The notes under the pieces: model-generated | Seen by the model: only the letters and a program-made list of their open reading frames with translations | Databases searched by the model: none | Told to the model about the DNA's origin: nothing | Program-made: the position numbers and the translations under genes | Part shown: positions 1 through 9,050 of the stretch, in pieces | Numbering within the stretch: position 1 is the first letter of the stretch | Layout of the letters: every line of letters begins with the position of its first letter | Sequence record: PV340856.1 | DNA length: 64,000 bases | Reading direction: 5' to 3' (one strand)

Positions 1-1
1 C

Positions 2-424
2 CGCCGTGCTGGTAACCTTTCCAGAGAAGCTCTGCAGGGTGGTGACAAAGGATCTGAAGCACATAAGAAGTCTGGAAAGATTGTCAAGGCACTCAACAAA
101 GATGCCGAAGAGAACAACAGAAATGATGTTAGAGAGGAAACTCTGAGAGACATCTACGAAGGTAAGAAGAAAGGTCTCTGGGACAACATCCATGCCAAAC
201 GTAAGCGTGGTGAGAAACCTGCAAAGCCTGGTGATGAGGACTATCCCAAGACTTTGAAAATCGAGTCCAATGAAAAATTGGAAGAAGCAGCTCCCGCTCT
301 CGTTGGTGTACTTGCCAAGATGGCTGCAAAAAAAGCAGCAGTTCATGTTGCAAAGAAGGGTGCTGAAAAAGTAAAGGATAAGATGGGTAAACTCCTCAAG
401 GGAGATGAAGAGGAGGAAGGTTGA
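2..424 (+). CDS. 5'-truncated Lys/Glu-rich modular hypothetical protein (candidate internal head protein)
   Basis: Own translation: open from base 2 to TGA 422-424 (RRAGNLSREALQGG...IYEGKKKGLWDNIHAKRKRGEKPAKPGDEDYPK...LEEAAPALVG...EEEEG). Its stop overlaps the next ATG (TGATG). Confidence 0.8.
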   Translation, partial: RRAGNLSREALQGGDKGSEAHKKSGKIVKALNKDAEENNRNDVREETLRDIYEGKKKGLWDNIHAKRKRGEKPAKPGDEDYPKTLKIESNEKLEEAAPALVGVLAKMAAKKAAVHVAKKGAEKVKDKMGKLLKGDEEEEG

Positions 425-2334
425 TGGATAAACCAAGTCTTGATGATTTGATCGATTCTGTGAGAAAGGGACCTGCTCCAGATCCCAAAAAAGTTGCTGC
501 TGAAAAAAAGAAGAAAGAGAGAAAAGAAGCTCTGAAAAATGTGCCCGTCGCTAAGAAAAAGTCAAGGGCACAAAAAGATAAGGAATCTGCAGATTCCTTT
601 ATTTCTACTGCAAAGAAATCTGTTTCTGATGCACGTAATAGACAACTAGATAGAGAGAAGAAAGAGGATACTCTTGCTTCTAGAACTAGAAAAAGAGAAC
701 TTGGAGATAAGAAGAAGTCTCTAGAGAACAAGAAAGCGGCAAGTGACGAAAGAAAACAGAAAGCTGGTGAAGCCTTAGCTTCTGCAAAGACCAGTACAGT
801 TTCCAGTAAAGATTCTAATGCAGAAGCAACTGGAAAAATTGTTGGTAATGCATTGAGTACAGTTGGTGCTGGACTTCGAGCAGGTGCTGCTAGAGTTGGT
901 GCTAGTGAAAAAGCATCTAGACTTAAGAAAAAGATGGTTCAAAAGATGCGGAAAAACAGAGGTCTCAAGACTGGTGTTGCTTCCAAACAAGATATTAAGA
1001 ATAGAAGTCCCAAGAAAAAACAGGAAAAGGAAAAGGATCCGTGGAATGAGTCCATGGATTGGAGAGATTCTTATATTCCAACGGAGATTGAAACCATGGA
1101 CGTTATTAAACCAGAACCTCTTAAAGCTTCTAATTGGAAAGAGGATTTTATTTGGGAAGTAGAAGACTATCCAAAAGAAAAAAAAGAGAAACAACTCAAA
1201 CCAATGACAGGAAAGAACACTGTCATTATTAATCCAAAGATTGATGAAGGTATTCGTCTTAAGACAAAAGATGAGTACATGCAGGGACTCAACAAGGCTA
1301 AAGAAAGAATTGGTAATTGGTGGAATAAGTTTGTTCCTCCAGCAAAAGATTCAAATGAACCTAGCGTAAGATCTGGTGAGAGAACTCCAAATACTGGAGG
1401 AGTCACTCAACCACATATCCCATCTAGAGGAAGAGACGGTAAACGATATGGTTCCGAAGATGATGGAAGTGTAGCACCTCCAAAGAGCACCGAAAAAGAT
1501 ACCAGAACCCCAGAACAGAAAACAACTCCTGCGGATAGAGCAAAACAGAAACCAACTCCTACTCCAACCCCCACTCCAACTCCAACTCCAACCCCGAAAC
1601 CTAAACCAAAACCTCCTACCGCGAGAGAAAAAGCATACGGACCCAAATCCACTCTTTCTGCTAAAGATCAAGCGACCAATAGAGAGTATGATCGTCTAAG
1701 AAGACAGCCTGGAGGAACAAAACCAGGTAGTGCTGCGGAGAAGTTTGGTAAGGCTGCAGCGAGAGCGAAGTTTGGTGATCAAAAACCAAAGACTCCCAAT
1801 CCTTTGATGAGGGGAATGCCAAAGAGACCTAAAATTAATACCCCAGTAAAACTGACACCTACACCAGCTCAGGGATCAACTCCAACTCCAATAAAAAAGA
1901 GTGGGTTTAGTAGTACACCCAAACCAATGAGATTGACAAACTCTTTCTCCGACTGGAGATCAGAGTTGCAATTAGATGAAGAGGCAGAGAAAAGATACTG
2001 TCCAAAGTGTGACAAAGTAGAAACTAAATCCGAGTGTTCTTACGGTCCAAAATACTGGGAAGAGAACGCAAAGAAGGTAGTTGATGAGGGTGCTGCCTGG
2101 ACTAAGAAGGAGGGTAAGAACTCTGCAGGTGGACTCAATGAAAAAGGAAGAAAGTCTTACGAAAAGGAAAATCCTGGATCTGACCTTAAAGCACCTAGCA
2201 AAAAGGTTGGAAATCCCCGTAGGGCATCCTTCTGCGCTAGAATGAAAGGTATGAAGAAGAAACTAACTTCTAAGAAGACCGCATCTGATCCAGATTCTAG
2301 AATCAATAAGTCCCTTAGAGCTTGGAATTGCTGA
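424..2334 (+). CDS. Large basic modular protein with Pro-Thr repeat; C-terminal GAAWTKKEGKN...GLNEKGRKSYE...SFCARM module (DUF6321-like); candidate internal head protein
   Basis: Provided ORF 421-2334; ATG at 424 is coupled to the upstream stop. Very Lys-rich, with recurrent W-R/K-E motifs. Confidence 0.75.
   Translation: MDKPSLDDLIDSVRKGPAPDPKKVAAEKKKKERKEALKNVPVAKKKSRAQKDKESADSFISTAKKSVSDARNRQLDREKKEDTLASRTRKRELGDKKKSLENKKAASDERKQKAGEALASAKTSTVSSKDSNAEATGKIVGNALSTVGAGLRAGAARVGASEKASRLKKKMVQKMRKNRGLKTGVASKQDIKNRSPKKKQEKEKDPWNESMDWRDSYIPTEIETMDVIKPEPLKASNWKEDFIWEVEDYPKEKKEKQLKPMTGKNTVIINPKIDEGIRLKTKDEYMQGLNKAKERIGNWWNKFVPPAKDSNEPSVRSGERTPNTGGVTQPHIPSRGRDGKRYGSEDDGSVAPPKSTEKDTRTPEQKTTPADRAKQKPTPTPTPTPTPTPTPKPKPKPPTAREKAYGPKSTLSAKDQATNREYDRLRRQPGGTKPGSAAEKFGKAAARAKFGDQKPKTPNPLMRGMPKRPKINTPVKLTPTPAQGSTPTPIKKSGFSSTPKPMRLTNSFSDWRSELQLDEEAEKRYCPKCDKVETKSECSYGPKYWEENAKKVVDEGAAWTKKEGKNSAGGLNEKGRKSYEKENPGSDLKAPSKKVGNPRRASFCARMKGMKKKLTSKKTASDPDSRINKSLRAWNC
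1552..1617 (+). repeat. Hexamer-type tandem repeat (ccaact/actcca) encoding KPTPTPTPTPTPTPKPKPKP linker
   Basis: Directly visible in the sequence and the translation. Confidence 0.85.
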
Positions 2335-2654
2335 TGAGATCCTTCAAACAATTTATGTCAGAGTCAGTCAATATCTCTGGCGACTTCAACGGAAACCTAT
2401 ATGTAAACTCTCAACCTGAAGAACCAAAACAGGTTGGTGAAAATTATGTTGCAGATGTTACTTGGATGGGTAGCATCTATCGTCTTGAAATGGTGTCCAA
2501 GAATGGTATTCCAACCAAACAAGAACTTGGAGAACAACTACAAAAAGATTATCCTGGAGCAATGGTTCAAAACATTTATCCAGTAGAAGAAAAGAATTTC
2601 AATATTAAAAATGCAAGAAGATATCAACCAGAAAAATTGACCTGGACTGACTAA
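2334..2654 (+). CDS. Hypothetical protein with capsid-targeting-like N-terminus (MRSFKQFMSE)
   Basis: ATG 2334 overlaps the upstream TGA. N-terminus resembles the T4 internal-protein capsid targeting sequence MKTYQEFIAE. Confidence 0.7.
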   Translation: MRSFKQFMSESVNISGDFNGNLYVNSQPEEPKQVGENYVADVTWMGSIYRLEMVSKNGIPTKQELGEQLQKDYPGAMVQNIYPVEEKNFNIKNARRYQPEKLTWTD

Positions 2655-2656
2655 TT

Positions 2657-3931
2657 ATGGCACAGTGGAATAAAAAAGAACAAGACTTCTTGAATCAAGA
2701 GAGAAGTCTCTTTGAGGTTTATAATATCGCAGATCACTGGGGAAACCAAACGGATTGGAGACCTCAGTTTAATGACAATAACAGACTAAAGGTTGCTCCT
2801 TTCCAAACAGTTTTCTTCAATACTTTCCAGTATGGTAAGGAGACTGATGTTTGGGATGAGAGTGTAGTTGGTGTTGCAACTGCTACTCATAATGCCAGTT
2901 CCAGTAATGTGGTTATGGAAGTTGGATCTACTGCTGGTAGTAAGGTTGTCAGACAGACTAAACATGTAATGAGATACATTCCTGGTAGACCAGCAACTCT
3001 CGCATTTGCAATTCGTCTAGAAACACCACAAGTAGGTATTCGCAGAAGATTTGGATTGTTTAATGAGACTGATGGTGCTTACTTTGAGGATGATGGAGGC
3101 ACATATTCTTATGTAATTCGCAGCAGTGCATCTGGTATCACTACAGAAACAAGAGTAACCAGAGAAAACTGGAATGGTGAAAAGTTTGATGGTAATGGAT
3201 ACACTGGTGTAACTGCTGATGCTACAAAACAGCAGATGATTTCCATTAACTATGAATGGTATGGTGCAGGTGCTGTAAAATTTAATTGGTTAATGAAAAA
3301 TGAGACTATTGTTAGCCATGAATTTGAGAACTCAAATGTCAATGATTTAGTTTGGTGTAGAAGTCCATTCCTTCCAATTCGTGTAGAGATTGAGAATGTA
3401 GATGGTGTTGCTGGAACCCATTATCTTTATCAGGGCTCTAACTCTCTTATCCAAGAAGGTGAGCCAGAAAAACTTGGTACTTTGTTGAGTGTCTCAAATG
3501 ACATCACTGGAACAACGATGCCTCTCGCAAACAATTTCTACCCAATCATCAGTTTGCGTCTTAAAACAGATCAACTTCAGGCAGTTATGTTACTGAGATC
3601 TCTGCAGGCAGTAACGAACGATAACACGAATGTCTATTGGAGACTTTTTGAAAATGCAACTTTGACTGGTGCGAATTGGGAAGATCATCCAGATCCAAAC
3701 TCCTTTATGCAATATGATACTACAGCTACTGCAGTTACTGGAGGACAAGCACTTCTTTCAGGATTTACGATTGCTGGTGGTGCCTCTCTGGTTAATGTTG
3801 ATGATAAAGCAGCACTACAAATTGGTAGAAGTGGTATTGGTACAATCAGTGATATATACACACTTGCTTGTGCTTCTCCTAACACCAACAAAAAAGCACT
3901 TGCGGTACTTAACTGGATTGAACAAAGGTAA
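2657..3931 (+). CDS. Conserved hypothetical beta-rich protein, probable virion structural protein
   Basis: 424-aa ORF rich in Thr/Gly/aromatic residues; no catalytic motif recognised. Confidence 0.6.
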   Translation: MAQWNKKEQDFLNQERSLFEVYNIADHWGNQTDWRPQFNDNNRLKVAPFQTVFFNTFQYGKETDVWDESVVGVATATHNASSSNVVMEVGSTAGSKVVRQTKHVMRYIPGRPATLAFAIRLETPQVGIRRRFGLFNETDGAYFEDDGGTYSYVIRSSASGITTETRVTRENWNGEKFDGNGYTGVTADATKQQMISINYEWYGAGAVKFNWLMKNETIVSHEFENSNVNDLVWCRSPFLPIRVEIENVDGVAGTHYLYQGSNSLIQEGEPEKLGTLLSVSNDITGTTMPLANNFYPIISLRLKTDQLQAVMLLRSLQAVTNDNTNVYWRLFENATLTGANWEDHPDPNSFMQYDTTATAVTGGQALLSGFTIAGGASLVNVDDKAALQIGRSGIGTISDIYTLACASPNTNKKALAVLNWIEQR

Positions 3932-3991
3932 ATTTAATTACTGACAATTCTCTAAATAGACCTATAATGTATCGAGTAAATATACTCTTTT

Positions 3992-4201
3992 ATGTATTTT
4001 ACCTACGTACTTATTGCTCTCCTGTTGCTTTTAGTAGCTTACGCAGGTGTAGAAGAGACTATGCGTCTCATTTATTATGTTGAACTTAATATAAAGTACG
4101 CTTACGTAAAAGTTAGAATGTACTTTATGGAGAAAAAACTCCGTAAGCAATTAGTCGAAGCAACCTCTGAAATTAATTGGGAGAAAAAGAATGACCGATA
4201 A
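3992..4201 (+). CDS. Small membrane-anchored hypothetical protein
   Basis: N-terminal hydrophobic stretch VLIALLLLLVAYAG. Confidence 0.65.
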   Translation: MYFTYVLIALLLLLVAYAGVEETMRLIYYVELNIKYAYVKVRMYFMEKKLRKQLVEATSEINWEKKNDR

Positions 4202-4442
4202 AGAGATGTCCAACCTTTCTATTGACAGGAGGGAATGCCCTAAGTGTGGTGCTACTTGGATCAACGGAACGCATCGATGGTCTACGGGAAAGATGGGAAA
4301 TGAATTAGATCTTGCCGGCTTGGTATGCAATAGTCTTGGTGATGACACTTGTATTAATCCCAAGAGAGGGATAGATGGTGGTGATTCATGGGAAAAAAGA
4401 CTTGTAGATCTCAATAAAAAAATTGAGGACTCGGATAAATAA
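4191..4442 (+). CDS. Small Cys-containing hypothetical protein (ECPKCG...C...C)
   Basis: ORF overlapping the previous gene; CxxC motif. Confidence 0.7.
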   Translation: MTDKEMSNLSIDRRECPKCGATWINGTHRWSTGKMGNELDLAGLVCNSLGDDTCINPKRGIDGGDSWEKRLVDLNKKIEDSDK

Positions 4443-4462
4443 TTTGAAAAGTCTTTATTCTA

Positions 4463-4723
4463 ATGACGTACACAATTAAACCACTGGGTCCTCAGACGGA
4501 TCTAGACCCTGCTACTGATGTAGATAGTGCTACAACTGTGCATCTTGTAAATACACATTCGGCAGCAGTAGTAATTGTAAGATCTACTTCTGCGAACGTT
4601 GGAATTAGTAGTTTTACTCTGCCTGCTGGAGAAATGGTTAAGGTAGAGAAGGATGCATCGGACAAATTGTCAGCATCTTCTAACGGAGGCGACGTAAAAG
4701 TCACAAAAGTTGCCGCTGGATAA
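4463..4723 (+). CDS. Small beta-rich hypothetical protein
   Basis: 86-aa ORF with FTLPAGEMVKVEKD motif; the virion role is a guess. Confidence 0.65.
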   Translation: MTYTIKPLGPQTDLDPATDVDSATTVHLVNTHSAAVVIVRSTSANVGISSFTLPAGEMVKVEKDASDKLSASSNGGDVKVTKVAAG

Positions 4724-4762
4724 TTGAGTAATTATAATTAGTAATAGAGTTCTCCGAGGTTT

Positions 4763-5266
4763 ATGGAGAAGATCAACACTTTCGTTTTGAACATCACTGT
4801 GACAATACTTGACTTCCTTTATAGAGGTCGAGACTATCAACGTTTTTGGGTGCTTGAGGAAATTGCCCGAGCACCCTATTTTGCTTTTTTGAGTGTCTTA
4901 CATTTCAGAGAAAGCATGGGACTTCGCGGTCCTGAGCATCTATATTTGATGAAACAACACTTTGAGCAGTCGGTTAATGAAACAGAACATCTGGAGTACA
5001 TGGAATCTAGGGGCGGTAATTCTTATTGGATTGATCGCTTTGTTGCCAAACACCTCGTACTTATCTACTATTGGAGTAATGTGGTTTATTATGGGTTGGC
5101 TCCTCGCCTTGCTTACCATCTCTCCTACGAGGTAGAGATACATGCAGCAGAAACTTATGCTAAGTATCTTGCTATCAATGGACATGATGACAAGATCCTT
5201 GAGATTTTGAATGATGAATTAGAACACTCTAGAGAATTAAAATTAGCAATGGAGAAAATTAAATGA
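4763..5266 (+). CDS. ptox: Plastoquinol terminal oxidase (alternative oxidase family di-iron protein)
   Basis: Di-iron ligand pattern: LEEIARAPY, NETEHL, EVEIHAAETY, DELEH. Confidence 0.93.
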   Translation: MEKINTFVLNITVTILDFLYRGRDYQRFWVLEEIARAPYFAFLSVLHFRESMGLRGPEHLYLMKQHFEQSVNETEHLEYMESRGGNSYWIDRFVAKHLVLIYYWSNVVYYGLAPRLAYHLSYEVEIHAAETYAKYLAINGHDDKILEILNDELEHSRELKLAMEKIK

Positions 5267-6282
5267 AAGTAGGAATGATCGGACTTGGACGGATGGGCGA
5301 AGGTATGTCCCGCCGTCTCATTAAATCAGGACATGAAGTTTGGGGATACAGAAACAATGCTGCTAAGGCAGAAGAGCAGTATGAGAAAGGTTACATCAGT
5401 GGATACACCACTTCAATCAAATACCTCGTACAAGAAGTCGGGGCAAAAGGTCCTGGCGTTTATATGATGGTAGTGCCAGCAGAAACAGTGGAGGACACCC
5501 TCAATGAGTTACTACAATTTTGTGTGGAAGGCGATATTATTATTGATCATGGCAATTCCAATTTTAAAGACTCTAGACGCAGGGCAGAACGGTTGGAAAA
5601 ACTTGGCATCCAATATCTTGACTGTGGTACTAGTGGTGGTGTTTATGGTCTGGAGCGTGGATATTGTCTTATGGTTGGTGGTGCAAATACTGCAGTATCC
5701 GTCTGTTCTCCTATCTTCAGAGCCCTCGCCCCAGGCATTGGATCTGCCTCTCGTACAGACCCCCTCAGTCATGAAACAAGTGCCGAACATGGTTGGTTAC
5801 ATTGTGGATCAGCTGGAGCAGGTCATTTTGTGAAGATGGTCCATAATGGTGTGGAGTATGGTATTATGCAGGCATACGCTGAAGGTTTCAATATTCTTCA
5901 TGAAGCAAATGCTGGATCCAAGTATGTTAAGGAAGGAGATGCTGAGGTTGCCCCAATGGAAAACCCTGCCGATTATCAGTATGATATTGACTGTGCTGAA
6001 GTGGCTGAGCTTTGGCGTCGTGGTAGCGTTGTTGGTTCTTGGTTACTTGACCTTACTGCGAATGTACTACGCCGCGATGGTGAGCTTCGTAAGTTTGATG
6101 GGGGCGTCTCAGATTCTGGCGAAGGTCGTTGGACTGTCCATGCTGCTGTGGACCTTGGCGTACCCGCTCCTGTCATCAGCAGTGCGTTGTGGGCACGTTT
6201 TGAGTCGCGCCGTCTTGGTGCTTTCACAGCCAAGGTTTTAAATGGTATGCGTGCTATGTTTGGTGGTCATGATGTTCGGTGA
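5263..6282 (+). CDS. gnd: 6-phosphogluconate dehydrogenase (decarboxylating, short form)
   Basis: GMIGLGRMG Rossmann motif, DHGNS, DCGTSGG, GHFVKMVHNGVEYGIMQAYAEG, SGEGRWTV. Confidence 0.97.
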   Translation: MKVGMIGLGRMGEGMSRRLIKSGHEVWGYRNNAAKAEEQYEKGYISGYTTSIKYLVQEVGAKGPGVYMMVVPAETVEDTLNELLQFCVEGDIIIDHGNSNFKDSRRRAERLEKLGIQYLDCGTSGGVYGLERGYCLMVGGANTAVSVCSPIFRALAPGIGSASRTDPLSHETSAEHGWLHCGSAGAGHFVKMVHNGVEYGIMQAYAEGFNILHEANAGSKYVKEGDAEVAPMENPADYQYDIDCAEVAELWRRGSVVGSWLLDLTANVLRRDGELRKFDGGVSDSGEGRWTVHAAVDLGVPAPVISSALWARFESRRLGAFTAKVLNGMRAMFGGHDVR

Positions 6283-7715
6283 ATTTCTTAAATGGATATC
6301 GATGCCCTTTGTATTATCCACAATATATTTCGGGATACGAAAAGGTGAAAATAACTACTACGACTCAGACGACTATGATGGAAATGGAACCGCTCACTAG
6401 AGGCATAGTTATCTTCGGTGCGACTGGAGATCTATGTAAACGAAAACTTATTCCAGCACTTCATAAACTTTGGGAGAAAGATCTTCTTCCAAAGGGATTT
6501 TTAATTACTGGTGCCGCAAGAAGGGATATTGGGGTGGAAGCATGGAAAGAATCTCTTGGAGAATATCCAGAGGAATTCCTACATCAATTAGATTATGTTC
6601 CTTGTGATTTATCTAATCAGGAAACTCTTCATCATCTTCCTGAAACAGACGACACAACATATTTTCTATCTGTTCCGCCAGAAAGATATGAGTCAGCTAT
6701 TGTTAATCTTAAACAAGGAGGACTTTTAGATGACCCAGAAACATCCCGTGTGGTTATTGAAAAACCCTTTGGGTACGATCTTAAATCTGCTAATCATTTA
6801 CAGTCAGTGGTGGGCAGGCATTTACGCGAGAAACAAGTATATCGCATTGATCATTATCTCGGTAAAGATACTGTTAATAACATCCTTGCCACCCGTTTTG
6901 GCAATATTCTACTGGAACCACTTTGGAACAGGGAGTACATAGAAGAGGTTCAGATCTATGCAACTGAAACTATTGGTTGTGAAGGTCGTTCACAATACTA
7001 TGAAGGTGCAGGTGTCGTAAGAGACATGCTGCAAAATCATATGCTTCAGGTTCTTGCATTGATTGCGATGGAAGCACCATGTCGTATGGATGCAAAAGAA
7101 ATTCGTAGAGAAAAGGTGAAAGTTTTATCTGCCACACGATTGGGAGAAAAACTTATCACTGGTCAGTATGCAAGTTATCGTGATGAAGAAGGTGTTGGTC
7201 CTGAATCAATGACTCAAACTTTTGTTGCTGGTGATCTTTATATTGATAACTGGAGATGGAAAGGTGTTCCATTTCACTTTATGACTGGTAAGAAAATGCC
7301 TTATCAGTGTGTAGAAGTTGTGATTAAACTTAAAGCACCGCCACTCAGTTTGTTTGAGGGTGAGACAAATGATCGTATTGTAATGCGTTTACAACCACAT
7401 GCTCATCTTGATATTCGCATTGATGTTAAGTCTCCTGGACTTGGTGATTCTGTTGAACCAGCTACTTTGACTCACCGTTATCCTGACTGGTTGGGTGTGG
7501 ATGGTTATGAGAAACTTCTTCATGATGCTATCAATGACGATCAATCGCACTTTGTTCACTCTGAAGAAGTGTTGGAATCCTGGAGAATCGTTGACGATCT
7601 AATCTGCACTGGAGATAATTGTAAAGTTAGAACCGCACCTTACATCTATCATGATGGGCAGTGGGGTCCTACTCATAAAACACAATTTATTACTGATTGG
7701 GATTATCCAGAATGA
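6279..7715 (+). CDS. zwf: Glucose-6-phosphate 1-dehydrogenase (true start may be ATG 6375-6384)
   Basis: IFGATGDLCKRKL, VIEKPFG, YRIDHYLGK, RDMLQNH, RWKGVPF..TGK. Confidence 0.97.
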   Translation: MNFLNGYRCPLYYPQYISGYEKVKITTTTQTTMMEMEPLTRGIVIFGATGDLCKRKLIPALHKLWEKDLLPKGFLITGAARRDIGVEAWKESLGEYPEEFLHQLDYVPCDLSNQETLHHLPETDDTTYFLSVPPERYESAIVNLKQGGLLDDPETSRVVIEKPFGYDLKSANHLQSVVGRHLREKQVYRIDHYLGKDTVNNILATRFGNILLEPLWNREYIEEVQIYATETIGCEGRSQYYEGAGVVRDMLQNHMLQVLALIAMEAPCRMDAKEIRREKVKVLSATRLGEKLITGQYASYRDEEGVGPESMTQTFVAGDLYIDNWRWKGVPFHFMTGKKMPYQCVEVVIKLKAPPLSLFEGETNDRIVMRLQPHAHLDIRIDVKSPGLGDSVEPATLTHRYPDWLGVDGYEKLLHDAINDDQSHFVHSEEVLESWRIVDDLICTGDNCKVRTAPYIYHDGQWGPTHKTQFITDWDYPE

Positions 7716-7792
7716 TTATTGCCAAAGCAACTTTTATTTTCGGAATCATTATATTCTTAATATGTTGGGGGCTTTCTGATGCCTATCGTTAG
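7712..7792 (+). CDS. 26-aa single-TM peptide
   Basis: Own translation MIIAKATFIFGIIIFLICWGLSDAYR; ATG overlaps the zwf stop. Confidence 0.5.
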   Translation: MIIAKATFIFGIIIFLICWGLSDAYR

Positions 7793-7799
7793 ATCAATA

Positions 7800-7925
7800 A
7801 TGCAAAATCCATGGGCACTGGGATTTATGTCCTGGTGCCTTATATGTGTACCCATCATAGGAATACAGTTAATTCATAAATATGGGTGGCAACATTGGGA
7901 ACCATTTAATAGGAGCCATAAATGA
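7800..7925 (+). CDS. 41-aa single-TM peptide
   Basis: Own translation MQNPWALGFMSWCLICVPIIGIQLIHKYGWQHWEPFNRSHK; stop overlaps the next ATG. Confidence 0.6.
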   Translation: MQNPWALGFMSWCLICVPIIGIQLIHKYGWQHWEPFNRSHK

Positions 7926-8131
7926 ATCCCGTAATTTTAGTTGGGTGTTTTACGCCTCTTATTATCATCTTCATTGTGATGAAACTTGCTGTTTGGGTTG
8001 AAGCCGTTAATGCAGAACAGGATTATGTCAGACAAGAACCTCTACGAAAACGAGGACCCTTTGTGGCAAACCCGTATGAGGATGTTGACTCAGAGGAAGA
8101 GGAGTATGGAAATCGCACAGACTATAGATGA
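7922..8131 (+). CDS. Small membrane hypothetical protein
   Basis: N-terminal TM and acidic tail; ATGA overlap. Confidence 0.7.
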   Translation: MNPVILVGCFTPLIIIFIVMKLAVWVEAVNAEQDYVRQEPLRKRGPFVANPYEDVDSEEEEYGNRTDYR

Positions 8132-8255
8132 CGCTCTTCATCAATACTATGTTGTAGAACAAGGCAAAGAAGTTCCTAACTGGAGATATATAAAGGACGC
8201 CGACTGGTGGATTGAGTATCTCAGAAGTTTGGGAATAGATCCGAGGAATCCATGA
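8106..8255 (+). CDS. Small hypothetical protein (MEIAQTIDDALHQYY...)
   Basis: GGAG SD then ATG 8106, inside provided ORF 7986-8255. Confidence 0.6.
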   Translation: MEIAQTIDDALHQYYVVEQGKEVPNWRYIKDADWWIEYLRSLGIDPRNP

Positions 8256-8443
8256 ATCAGGAACCAGATTATAAAATAGATATGTCTATTGAGGACATAC
8301 GTCTTTTATACCATTGTGTTCAAGAAACTATTAGGACTTGGCCTGGTTCTCCTGCTAGACCAGCTGAAGAACAAGAACACTTGTGGTTTCTTAGAGATTG
8401 GCTTTTTAGAATAATATTGGAATATAAATTTGATAACTTATGA
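8252..8443 (+). CDS. Small hypothetical protein
   Basis: Provided ORF with ATGA overlaps at both ends. Confidence 0.7.
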   Translation: MNQEPDYKIDMSIEDIRLLYHCVQETIRTWPGSPARPAEEQEHLWFLRDWLFRIILEYKFDNL

Positions 8444-8607
8444 ATTTATTACTTCGTCCGTTAGAAGATGTTAATGATGTAACTTGGAGTATCATCATAT
8501 CCCTCGTAATTCTTTTAGTTGGTGTTACTTATTACATATATACCATTATGAGTTTGGCATTTAAGGAACTTGAAGATGTCAATAACACTTCCAAATCGGA
8601 GGAATAG
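8440..8607 (+). CDS. 55-aa single-TM hypothetical protein
   Basis: Own translation MNLLLRPLEDVNDVTWSIIISLVILLVGVTYYIYTIMSLAFKELE... Confidence 0.65.
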   Translation: MNLLLRPLEDVNDVTWSIIISLVILLVGVTYYIYTIMSLAFKELEDVNNTSKSEE

Positions 8608-8742
8608 ATTTTTAAATGGATGAGAGAAGGCTTTGGTATAGAAGAATGAAAGTGTTGATGAGGAAAATCAGTAAACTTCAATTAAAAAAATCTATAGATA
8701 ATAATTTGGATACTAAATAAGGCTGCCCCCTGAACTGATGTC

Positions 8743-8955
8743 ATGTTAGCCTTTCTATTACCACTAGCATCTAAAATTATTTCTGATGCTGTATCCAAGA
8801 TCCCTGAAAATGAAGCTCTGGGAGAAAAGTTAGTTGAAATTTGCCTACTTATTCTATCCAAAGCTGTTAAACTTACCAAGACCGATATGGATGATAAACT
8901 TCTAGAAGTTGTCACCAAAGCAATCGCTGCAAGAGAAGAATCTCCTGCGGAGTGA
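8743..8955 (+). CDS. Small amphipathic helical hypothetical protein
   Basis: 70-aa ORF with ctaaata late-promoter-like element upstream, followed by a terminator. Confidence 0.7.
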   Translation: MLAFLLPLASKIISDAVSKIPENEALGEKLVEICLLILSKAVKLTKTDMDDKLLEVVTKAIAAREESPAE

Positions 8956-8979
8956 TTTATCATATTCACTAAGTTTTTG

Positions 8980-9007
8980 GAGACCTCTGAACGGGGTCTC
9001 TTTTTTT
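8980..9007 (+). terminator. Intrinsic terminator
   Basis: gagacctc-tgaac-ggggtctc followed by T7. Confidence 0.8.
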
Positions 9008-9014
9008 ATAAATA
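9007..9014 (+). promoter_or_regulatory. T4-type late promoter TATAAATA
   Basis: Exact gp55 consensus directly after the terminator, 37 nt upstream of ATG 9051. Confidence 0.85.
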
Positions 9015-9050
9015 AATCTAGGTCATAGTTAACAATTGGAGTACAAGCCC

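Noticed and set aside
1552-1617. Pro-Thr hexamer repeat as a phase-variation locus
   Set aside because: The unit length is a multiple of 3 and the codons are degenerate, so it is an ordinary linker.
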